Virus record (IMG/VR): IMGVR_UViG_3300020138_000049
Location: 1 to 43,885 of that record
Source: a virus
Lineage: Duplodnaviria > Caudoviricetes
Length of the DNA: 43,885 nucleotides
Reading direction: 5' to 3' (one strand)
Shown here piece by piece: positions 7,103 to 15,136 of this stretch. The notes below the pieces were generated by a model, which did not search any database, was not told where the DNA came from, and saw only the letters and a list, made by a program, of their open reading frames with translations. Each line of letters opens with the position of its first letter. The first letter of the stretch is position 1. The position numbers were made by a program, and so were the translations under genes.

Positions 7103-8145
7103 GTCTGATCAACACGCAGCAGTTGCTGGCACGCGTGGATCTGTGCGACGTGGTGGAGCGCCATGGCGTGGAGCTGAAGCGCGCTGGCAAGGAGTGGACG
7201 GGGCTATGCCCCTTTCATTCGGAAAAATCGCCATCGTTCACGGTGTCGCCGGCGAAAGGGTTTGTGCACTGCTTTGGCTGCGGCGCGCATTACGACGCGA
7301 TCGGCTTTGTGATGGCGATGGGTGGCGTGGATTTCGCCACCGCCTGTCACCAGTTGGGCGGTCACGACATGGGCGCCATGGCGCGGCGTGCGGTGACAAG
7401 CGCGCCGCGGCGGCTGGACCGCGCTGACGATGAGCTGTGGGTGCCGATTTGCCCGGTACCCGACGATGCACCGGCGTGGACACCCGGCGTCAAGGGCCGC
7501 GTGTGGAACCTCAAGCGCGGCCGATGGTGGGAAGGGTTGGCGCCCTCGCGTGCCGATGCGTACCGCGACCCGGAAGGCGCGGTGCTGGGCTACGTGCTGC
7601 GCGTGGATATGCCGGACGGCAAGATCACGCCCGCTGTTACGTGGTGCATCGGGCCGCGCGGTGAAGCGCGCTGGTGCCTGCAGCCGTTCCCCGACCCGCG
7701 CCCGCTGTTCGGCCTGGACGCGCTCGCGGCGAAGCCGGCCGCGCCGGTGCTGATGGTCGAGGGCGAAAAGTGCGCGACGGTCGGTGCTGGCGCACTGCCC
7801 ATGTATGCCGTCAGCACCTGGATGGGCGGAAGCCACGGCGTGAAGCATACGGATTTCGGACCGCTGGAAGGGCGCGATGTGGTGTTGTGGCCGGACGCGC
7901 TGGATGGCGTGGGCGCGATGCTGGGCTACGTGGACGGCAGCGGGTTGTTGCACGAGGGCGTGGCGCAGTTGGCCTATGCCGCCGGTGTGCGCAGCCTGCG
8001 CGTGGTGGACACCTCCGGCATGCCGAAGGGCTGGGATATTGCCGACGCGGTGGCGGACGGCTGGACGGCCAAACAGATTGCGGCGTGGGCGCGGTCTCGG
8101 GTGAAGGCGGTGGAAGTGGCGGAGACGCGGCGGGTGATGGCATGA
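7099..8145 (+). CDS. DNA primase (CHC2 zinc finger plus TOPRIM), 348 aa
   Basis: GLCPFHSEKSPSF, HCFGCG, VEGEK, PKGWDIAD. Confidence 0.9.
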   Translation: MSLINTQQLLARVDLCDVVERHGVELKRAGKEWTGLCPFHSEKSPSFTVSPAKGFVHCFGCGAHYDAIGFVMAMGGVDFATACHQLGGHDMGAMARRAVTSAPRRLDRADDELWVPICPVPDDAPAWTPGVKGRVWNLKRGRWWEGLAPSRADAYRDPEGAVLGYVLRVDMPDGKITPAVTWCIGPRGEARWCLQPFPDPRPLFGLDALAAKPAAPVLMVEGEKCATVGAGALPMYAVSTWMGGSHGVKHTDFGPLEGRDVVLWPDALDGVGAMLGYVDGSGLLHEGVAQLAYAAGVRSLRVVDTSGMPKGWDIADAVADGWTAKQIAAWARSRVKAVEVAETRRVMA

Positions 8146-8675
8146 AGGCGTTCGCGGCCGCAGATGGTGGTGGTTACAACAACGAGACGTGGTTGACGCC
8201 GCCCGGCATCCTCGCGGCGCTCGGGCGCTTTGACCTAGACCCGTGCGCGGCGCCAAGCCCGCGACCGTGGCCTACGGCGGCGCGGCATATCGAGCTGCCG
8301 GAGGATGGCTTGCAGGCGGCGTGGTCCGGTCGCGTGTGGTGCAACCCGCCTTATGGGGTCGAGGCCGCACGATGGCTGGATAGGCTGGCAGCCCACGGCG
8401 ACGGAATCGCGCTGGTATTCGCACGCACCGAAACGGCGATGTTTCATGACCACGTCTGGCCGCGCGCTCACGGGTTGTTGTTCCTTCGAGGCCGCATTGC
8501 GTTCTGCGATCGAGCAGGTAAGCCGGCGACGGCCAATGCGGGAGCGCCGTCGGTGCTGATTGCGTACGGCAAAGCCAACGCCGAGACGCTATCCGCTTGC
8601 GGTCTGGCAGGCTATTTCGTGGAGCTGTCGCCAGGCGCTTGCGCCAGCGAGGATCTATTCGGGGCCATCGCATGA
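8142..8675 (+). CDS. Phage DNA N6-adenine methyltransferase (Dam-like), 177 aa
   Basis: WLTPP, FDLDPCA, WCNPPYG, ARTET, FLRGRIAF; ATG at 8142 in ATGA overlap. Confidence 0.88.
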   Translation: MKAFAAADGGGYNNETWLTPPGILAALGRFDLDPCAAPSPRPWPTAARHIELPEDGLQAAWSGRVWCNPPYGVEAARWLDRLAAHGDGIALVFARTETAMFHDHVWPRAHGLLFLRGRIAFCDRAGKPATANAGAPSVLIAYGKANAETLSACGLAGYFVELSPGACASEDLFGAIA

Positions 8676-10072
8676 CCGAACCCCAGAAAGTAGTCGTGCC
8701 CATCGGCCAGCGCCAGCAGAAGCGAGGGGGCGGCGGAGGCGGGCGTGGCCGCGGTGGTTCGGGCGGCGGCGGTCACAGTGCGCCGGGGGAATGGTCGAAT
8801 GACCTGACGCGCACGACGACGGGCAAGCCGGAGTCCACGACGCACAACACGCTGCTGGTGCTGGAGCACGACCCCGCGCTCGAGGGGCTATTCAGCCTGG
8901 ATGAATTCAACAACATCGTGCGGCTCACCCGCGACCCGGTGTGGGCCGGCGGCGAGCGCGACGAGTTCACCGACCAGGACGGCACCGAGCTGGCCGGCTG
9001 GCTCGGCAGCCCGACGCGCTACACCCTGAGCGTGAAGCGCGACATGGTGATGGATTGCGTCGAGGCGATGGCCAGGCGCAGCAAGGTGCACCCGGTGCGG
9101 GAGTATCTGGAATCGCTGAAATGGGATGGCGTGGCGCGCATCGACGCGATGTTCCCCACGCTGTTCTCGACGGTCGATACGCCTTACACGCGCCAAGCGG
9201 CGCGCTGTTTTATGGTCAGCGCAGTGGCGCGCATCTTATGGCGCGACCCGAAGGTGCGGCACAACGGCGCGCAGGTGGACTTCATGCTGGTGCTGGAGGG
9301 CGAGCAGGGGCGCGGCAAGACGTCGGCGGTGCGCGAGCTGTTCGGCGCCGAGTGGTATGCAGAGTCGATGGAATCGCCGAGCGGAAAGGACTTCTATCAA
9401 TCCTTGCGCGGGCGATGGTGCGTGGAAATCGGCGAGATGGACAGCTTCACGAAAGCCGACGTGACGAAGGTCAAACAAGCGATCACGTCGCGCTTCGATA
9501 CGTACCGGCCCAGCTATGGGCGCGTCGCGCGATCGTTCCGCCGCGAGTGCGTGTTTGTCGGCACCACCAACGAGCACGAATACCTGCGCGATGCGAGCGG
9601 TGGCCGGCGCTTTTTGCCGGTGGTGGTGGACCACGTCGACATCCCCGGCATTGCCGCACAGCGCGATCAACTGTGGGCTGAGGCGGTGGTGATGTTCCGC
9701 GACGGCTACCCGTGGTGGCAGCTGCCGGCCGATGCAGTGGAGCAGCAGGAAGAGCGATTTGCGGAAGACAGCTGGCAAGGCATCATCCAGCGCTGGCTGG
9801 CCGGCAAGATGATGGACAGCGCTTACCCGCCACGCATCGCGCTAGCGGGCGAGGGCAAGCCGGTGACCTGGGCAACCACCGCCGAAATACTCAGCTGGGC
9901 GCTGAGCATCGATGTTGGAAAGCATGGCAAGCCGGAGCAGATGCGCGTGGCCGCTATCATGCGGCGCCTGCGCTGGGAGCACGACCGCGTCATGGTCAAT
10001 GGCTACCGCGAGCGTCGATGGGTGCCGCTGCCGCAGGCTGGCAGTGGGGGAGATAGCGATGTGCCGTTCTGA
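8672..10072 (+). CDS. VapE/virulence-associated E family replicative helicase/ATPase, 466 aa
   Basis: HPVREYL..L.WDG, Walker A GEQGRGKT, VEIGEM, FVGTTN, GRRFLPV, RDQLWAEA. Confidence 0.92.
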   Translation: MTEPQKVVVPIGQRQQKRGGGGGGRGRGGSGGGGHSAPGEWSNDLTRTTTGKPESTTHNTLLVLEHDPALEGLFSLDEFNNIVRLTRDPVWAGGERDEFTDQDGTELAGWLGSPTRYTLSVKRDMVMDCVEAMARRSKVHPVREYLESLKWDGVARIDAMFPTLFSTVDTPYTRQAARCFMVSAVARILWRDPKVRHNGAQVDFMLVLEGEQGRGKTSAVRELFGAEWYAESMESPSGKDFYQSLRGRWCVEIGEMDSFTKADVTKVKQAITSRFDTYRPSYGRVARSFRRECVFVGTTNEHEYLRDASGGRRFLPVVVDHVDIPGIAAQRDQLWAEAVVMFRDGYPWWQLPADAVEQQEERFAEDSWQGIIQRWLAGKMMDSAYPPRIALAGEGKPVTWATTAEILSWALSIDVGKHGKPEQMRVAAIMRRLRWEHDRVMVNGYRERRWVPLPQAGSGGDSDVPF

Positions 10073-10102
10073 CGCGCCATGGCGCGGGCATCCGCCATCC
10101 AT

Positions 10103-10346
10103 TGCCCAACCTGCCCAACCTCTGCCCAACCTCTGCCCAACCTCGGAGGCGTTGCCCCGTATGGCTTTGCCCAACCTACCCGACCTTTTCGCGGCTCGCG
10201 CGTATATAGGCATGCAGTTGGGCGACAGCGCTTGTCCTATGTGTGTGCGTAAACAGGTTGGGCAGGTTGGGCAGGTTGGGCAACGCAAGCAACAGCGCGG
10301 GTTCCCGCTGCCCAACCTCTCCGCTGACGGTTGGGCAGGTTGGGCA
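10103..10346. repeat. Iteron cluster (TGCCCAACC x11, both orientations); probable replication origin
   Basis: Forward copies at 10103, 10112, 10123, 10134, 10168, 10309; reverse copies at 10256, 10265, 10274, 10329, 10338; directly after the helicase. Confidence 0.8.
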
Positions 10347-10528
10347 AATTGCGGTCTGACGCGGTTTCGGGCGGGCCGCTTGAGCCTGAACGAACTGTTG
10401 AGAAGGTACTCCCCCGGCCGGGCGGATACGGGTCATTGGGCGCGCAAAACCTCGCTAGTTACAGGGTTTGAACTATGGTTCAGCGCACCCCTTCCCGGTT
10501 CAGTTGATCGGTTTAGCGGGGTGGCGGC

Positions 10529-11071
10529 GTGACGGAGTTGAGCAAATCGGAATACGCCCAGGCGCGCGGTTGCTCGGCGGCGTACGTGAGCAAGCTGAAT
10601 CGGCAGGGTCGCCTGGTGTTGACGCCATCGGGCAAGGTCAACGTCGAGGCGACGGATCGGCTGATTGAATCCACGCGCGACCCTGCGCGCGGCGGTGATC
10701 GCCGGCCAGGCGCCGCTGGGCGCGATGTCGACGCGGGTAACGCGGCTGCGCCGGGCGTGGTGGTCCACCAGACGTACAAGGAGGCGGCGCGCCGCGAGCG
10801 CATCGCCAAGGCGCGCATCGCCGAACTGGAGCTGGCGGAGAAGACCGGCCAGCTCGTCCGGCGGGAAGAGGTGGCCGCGGCGATCTTCGGGCTTTCGCGG
10901 CAAGCCATGGAGGCGCTGGACGCCCTGGCTGATCGTCTGGCCTCGCAACTGGCAGCGGAATCCGACGTCACCCGCGTGCATGCGCTGTTGACCGAGCACA
11001 CCGGCAAGATCCGCGTGGCGATGATGGGTGCGCTGCCGGGATTGGCGGATGCCATGGAGAAAGCCGCCTGA
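10529..11071 (+). CDS. terS: Terminase small subunit (Nu1-like), 180 aa
   Basis: N-terminal HTH LSKSEYAQARGCSAAYVSKL; ARIAELEL...G.LV; overlaps terL. Confidence 0.82.
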   Translation: MTELSKSEYAQARGCSAAYVSKLNRQGRLVLTPSGKVNVEATDRLIESTRDPARGGDRRPGAAGRDVDAGNAAAPGVVVHQTYKEAARRERIAKARIAELELAEKTGQLVRREEVAAAIFGLSRQAMEALDALADRLASQLAAESDVTRVHALLTEHTGKIRVAMMGALPGLADAMEKAA

Positions 11072-13041
11072 TGTTCGACGTCGACACCATCGATGTGGAG
11101 CTTCCGTCTGGCGCCGACGTGGTGTCGGAGAGCTGGCGCCGCGGATGGACCATCCCCGAACCCATCACGCTGAGCGCTTGGGCCGATCGCTACCGCAAAC
11201 TGCCCAAGGAAGGCAGCAGCGAAGCGGGCGACTGGTACACCAGTCGCATGCCGTTCCTGCGCGAGATCATGGATTGCCTGCACCGGGAATCCACGGTGCG
11301 CGAAACCACGATCAAGAAATCCACGCAGGTCGGCGGCACCGAGGTGGGCATCAACTGGCTTGGCTACATCATCGAGCATGCGCCCGGCCCGGTGATGTAC
11401 GTGCTCCCCACCATCGACACCGCACGCAAATTCAGCGATCAGCGCCTGGCGCCGGCCATTGCCTTGATGCCGGTGCTGCAGGAACGCATCCCGCCCGCGC
11501 GAAGCCGCGACAGTGGCAACACCACGCTGGTGAAAAAATTCCCCGGCGGCGTGTTGGTGCTGAGCGGCGCCAACAGCTCCGCGTCGCTGGCGTCGATGCC
11601 GATCATGTACCTGATCCTCGATGAGCTGTCGAAATACCCCACCGACCTGGACGATCAGGGTGGCGCCGAACAGCAGGCGCTGCGCCGCACATCGAGCTTC
11701 GTGCGGCGGAAGATCCTGCGCATCAGCTCCGCGACGATCAAGGATGCCTGTGCCATCAGCACCGCGTATGACGACGGCGACCAAAGCCGCTACTACGTGC
11801 CGTGTCCGCATTGCGCCCACAAGCAGGTGCTGGTGATCGACCAGATCACCGACGACGGCCAATACCTGTGCATCGGCTGCGGCCAACTGATTGCCGAGCA
11901 TCACAAGACCCTGATGCTGGAGCGCGGCGAGTGGATCGCCGCCTTCCCGGAGCGCAGCGCCCACCACCGCAGCTTCCACATCTGGTCCGCATACGCCGCC
12001 ATCGGCCTGGGTTACACCTGGAAGGAAATCGCCGATATGCGCGCCGAAGCGCGCAAGGATCCCGCGAAGGAAGTCGTGTTCGTCAACACGATTTTGGGCG
12101 AGGCCTACGAAGGCGCCAGCCAGAAGGTCGAGGCCAATGACCTGCAGCAGCGCGCCGGCAAGTGGGTGCGCCGCACCGTGCCGCGTGGCGGTTTCATCAT
12201 CACCGCGGGCGTCGACGTGCAGGTCAATCGTTTCGCGGTGCAGATCGTCGCCTGGGGTCGCAACGAACAGGCCTTCGTGGTCGACTACGTCGAGCTGCCC
12301 GCCGACCCCACCCGCAAAGAAGACTGGGACATCCTGTGGGAGTTCCTGGCCCAGCCCGTGGCCAACGCCGCCGGTATCACCCTGCACATCAGCGCCGCGG
12401 CCGTCGATTCGGGCAACTGGACGCAAGAGGTCTACAACGCCGTGCGCCCGCGTCAGTCGCAGGGCGTCATGGCGATCAAGGGCAGCAAGGATGCCACCAA
12501 GCCGATCATCGGCCGCGCCAGCAAGCAGGAGGTCGACACCAAAGGCCGCACGCAACGCCGCGGCGTGAGTCTGTGGGTCATCGGCGTCAACTCGGCAAAA
12601 AGCACGCTCATGCAGCGCCTGCTCGGTGACACCGACCGCGACGAAGATGCGCGCCTGATCCACTTCCCGGCCGATCTGCCCGACGACTACTACACCATGC
12701 TCACCGCCGAGCGCTACGACCTGGCCGCCAAACGCTGGCTCAAGAAAAAAGGCGCTCGCAACGAAGCGCTGGACACCCTGGTGTACGCGTACGCCGCGGC
12801 GCTGAGCCCCAGCATCCGCATCCACGTGAAGCGGGAGGCGGATTGGGCAGCGCTGGAAGCGAAACTGGAGCCGTCCAGCGGTGACCTGTTCGTCGCTGCC
12901 GCGCCGCCGGCGCCGACAGTTCCAGCGCCGGCAGTGCGCCCAGTGCTACCGGTACCAGCCGCCGCACCGGCTTCACGTGGAACCCCCGCCGAAGCCAGCC
13001 TCAACCCCTTCGCATCCCCCGACTGGTTGACCCGCCGATGA
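11071..13041 (+). CDS. terL: Terminase large subunit, lambda gpA family, 656 aa
   Basis: KSTQVGGTE, ILDE, YYVPCPHC, FVNTILGE, TAGVDVQ, AVDSG, RNEALD. Confidence 0.95.
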   Translation: MFDVDTIDVELPSGADVVSESWRRGWTIPEPITLSAWADRYRKLPKEGSSEAGDWYTSRMPFLREIMDCLHRESTVRETTIKKSTQVGGTEVGINWLGYIIEHAPGPVMYVLPTIDTARKFSDQRLAPAIALMPVLQERIPPARSRDSGNTTLVKKFPGGVLVLSGANSSASLASMPIMYLILDELSKYPTDLDDQGGAEQQALRRTSSFVRRKILRISSATIKDACAISTAYDDGDQSRYYVPCPHCAHKQVLVIDQITDDGQYLCIGCGQLIAEHHKTLMLERGEWIAAFPERSAHHRSFHIWSAYAAIGLGYTWKEIADMRAEARKDPAKEVVFVNTILGEAYEGASQKVEANDLQQRAGKWVRRTVPRGGFIITAGVDVQVNRFAVQIVAWGRNEQAFVVDYVELPADPTRKEDWDILWEFLAQPVANAAGITLHISAAAVDSGNWTQEVYNAVRPRQSQGVMAIKGSKDATKPIIGRASKQEVDTKGRTQRRGVSLWVIGVNSAKSTLMQRLLGDTDRDEDARLIHFPADLPDDYYTMLTAERYDLAAKRWLKKKGARNEALDTLVYAYAAALSPSIRIHVKREADWAALEAKLEPSSGDLFVAAAPPAPTVPAPAVRPVLPVPAAAPASRGTPAEASLNPFASPDWLTRR

Positions 13042-13322
13042 CTGATTTTGCGCCAGCCCAGGAACTGGTCGACGAACTGTCCGTGGCCTTGTGCGATGCC
13101 AAAGGCATCCCGTTGGATACCGCCGTGGCCTATGCCGAGCCCATCGTGCGCTACCTGCAGCAGCAATACGGCGGTGATGAGTTGTACATCCCGCAGCCCT
13201 ACATCCGGCGGGACGCGGCCCAGATCGTCGCCGCGCGCAATGCGGGCATGCCGCTCAAGCAGATCCTGCGCGAGTTTGGCATCAGCCGCCGCACGTTCTA
13301 CCGGATACTCAGCCAGGCGTAG
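13038..13322 (+). CDS. Mor/C-family transcription activator, 94 aa
   Basis: YGGDELYIP followed by C-terminal HTH ILREFGISRRTFYRIL. Confidence 0.8.
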   Translation: MTDFAPAQELVDELSVALCDAKGIPLDTAVAYAEPIVRYLQQQYGGDELYIPQPYIRRDAAQIVAARNAGMPLKQILREFGISRRTFYRILSQA

Positions 13323-13337
13323 GCCGGCGGGCAAAGC

Positions 13338-13382
13338 TGTGCCATCCGTCCGGTAAACGTGGCACAACAAGCCCGCGATTCT
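13338..13382 (+). promoter_or_regulatory. Late promoter motif, copy 1
   Basis: TGTGCCA-tccgtccggtaaacg-TGGCACA, 10 bp, GATTCT, then ATG 6 nt later. Confidence 0.8.
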
Positions 13383-13388
13383 GTGCGC

Positions 13389-13628
13389 ATGTCCACCGCC
13401 ACCGACATGCGCGACAAGTATCTGGCCGCCGAGGCCGCCATCCTCGCCGGGCAATCGTACCGGTGGGGCGATCGGCAGCTGACGCGCGCCGATCTGTCGA
13501 TGGTGCAAGCCGGGCGGCGCGAATGGGAGCGCAAGGCCGCCGCCGAATCCCGTGGCGGTAGCGTGGGCGTCCAGCTCGCCGATTTCAGCGGTGCCGGATG
13601 CCGCGAGCACTGGGGCCGCAACGCATGA
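13389..13628 (+). CDS. Head completion protein (gpW-like), 79 aa
   Basis: YLAAEAAILAGQSY...RQLTRADL; lies just before the portal. Confidence 0.8.
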   Translation: MSTATDMRDKYLAAEAAILAGQSYRWGDRQLTRADLSMVQAGRREWERKAAAESRGGSVGVQLADFSGAGCREHWGRNA

Positions 13629-15136
13629 GCGGGCTCAAGCTCAGCGGCATGGACCGCGCCATCTTCGCCCTGTCGCCCGGTTGGGCGGCCCGCCGCGCCG
13701 CGGCGCGCTACAAGGTCGCCGCCTATGCCGGCGCCTACGAGGCCACCCAATCCGGCCGCCTGCGCAAACGCTCGCGCGACTACGGCGACGGCAACACCAC
13801 CGCCAACGGCGCGCAGGTGCCGCTGCGCGACATGGCCCGCAACCTCGACCGCAACCACGACATCAGCCGCGGCATCCTCAACGTGCTGGTGCGCAACGTC
13901 GTCGGTGCCAACGGCATCGGCGTAGAGCCGCAGCCGCGCGACGCGCAGGGCAACGTGCTGGAGGCTCTGGCTCAGCAAATCACCGACCTGTGGGAAGCCT
14001 GGAGCCGCGCGCCGGAAGTCACCGGCGAACTCAACCGCGCCCGCGCCGAACAACTCGCCTGCCGCAGTTGGATGCGCGACGGCGAGGCGATGTGTCAGTA
14101 CGTCGAGGGCAACGTGCCCGGCCTCACGCATGGCAGCGCCGTGCCGTTCTCGCTGGAATACCTCGAAACCGACATGGTGCCGATGGATTTCAACGACCCG
14201 GCGCGCAACATCATCCAGGGCGTGCAGGCCAACGCGTGGAACCGGCCCACCACCTACTGGGTCTACAAGACCCACCCCGGCGCGCGCCTCACGGCGTACC
14301 CCGAACTCAAGGCCGTGCCCACCGACAACATCGGCCACATCAAGCTGATCGACCGCTTCGGGCAGCGCCGCGGTGTCAGTATGTTTGCCAGCGTGTTGTC
14401 GCGGCTGGATGACCTGAAAGACTACGAGGAAAGCGAGCGCATCGCGGCGAAGATCGCCGCGAGCATGGCCGCCGTGATCAAGAAGGGCGACGCCACCAGC
14501 TACCCCGACACGCCGTATGACACCAAAGACCGGAGCATGCACTTTGCCCCCGGCATGATCTTCGACGATTTGCAGCCCGGCGAATCCATCGAGACCATCG
14601 ACAGCAACCGGCCCAACCCCAACGCCGTCAGCTGGCGCGATGGGCAGTTGCGCGCCGTCGCTGGCGGTACCGACGTCAGCTACAGCAGCGCCAGCAAAAA
14701 CTACAACGGCACGTACAGCGCCCAGCGGCAAGAGCTGGTCGAGCAATGGGCCGCGTACCAGCTGCTGAGCCAGGCCTTCATCGACCAGCACACCGCCGAG
14801 GTCTACACGCGCTTCGTCGGCATGTGCCTCACCGCCGGCCTCATCCGCATGCCGCGCGGCGTCACCTTCGCCGGCCTCACCCACGCACTGTACATCCCGC
14901 CGTCCATGCCGTGGATCAACCCCGCGGACGAGGCCACCGCCTGGGAGCTGCAGGAGAAAAACCTGTGGGTCCCCGGCACCGAAATCGTCCGCAAGCTCGG
15001 CCGCAACCCACGCGACGTGCTGCGCGCCGAAAAGCAGTGGCGCGAGGCGCAAACCGCCGCCGGCCTCAAAGCCGATCTGGGCGTCAGCAACCAAACCACC
15101 GCGGCGCCTGCGGCGCCCCCCGAGGAAACCGCATGA
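13625..15136 (+). CDS. Portal protein, lambda family, 503 aa
   Basis: LRDMARNLDRN, RDGE, QRRGVS, DLQPGE, YSAQRQELVE, PWINP. Confidence 0.93.
   Translation: MSGLKLSGMDRAIFALSPGWAARRAAARYKVAAYAGAYEATQSGRLRKRSRDYGDGNTTANGAQVPLRDMARNLDRNHDISRGILNVLVRNVVGANGIGVEPQPRDAQGNVLEALAQQITDLWEAWSRAPEVTGELNRARAEQLACRSWMRDGEAMCQYVEGNVPGLTHGSAVPFSLEYLETDMVPMDFNDPARNIIQGVQANAWNRPTTYWVYKTHPGARLTAYPELKAVPTDNIGHIKLIDRFGQRRGVSMFASVLSRLDDLKDYEESERIAAKIAASMAAVIKKGDATSYPDTPYDTKDRSMHFAPGMIFDDLQPGESIETIDSNRPNPNAVSWRDGQLRAVAGGTDVSYSSASKNYNGTYSAQRQELVEQWAAYQLLSQAFIDQHTAEVYTRFVGMCLTAGLIRMPRGVTFAGLTHALYIPPSMPWINPADEATAWELQEKNLWVPGTEIVRKLGRNPRDVLRAEKQWREAQTAAGLKADLGVSNQTTAAPAAPPEETA

Noticed and set aside
7880-7915. Primase TOPRIM motif reads WPDALD rather than DxD
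   Set aside because: A one-residue variation in an otherwise intact gene; not enough to claim inactivation or novelty without an alignment
10103-10346. CRISPR array, or the CPTCPTCPT / QVGQVGQVG ORFs
   Set aside because: 9-bp units in both orientations without unique spacers; the peptide repeats are by-products of the iterons
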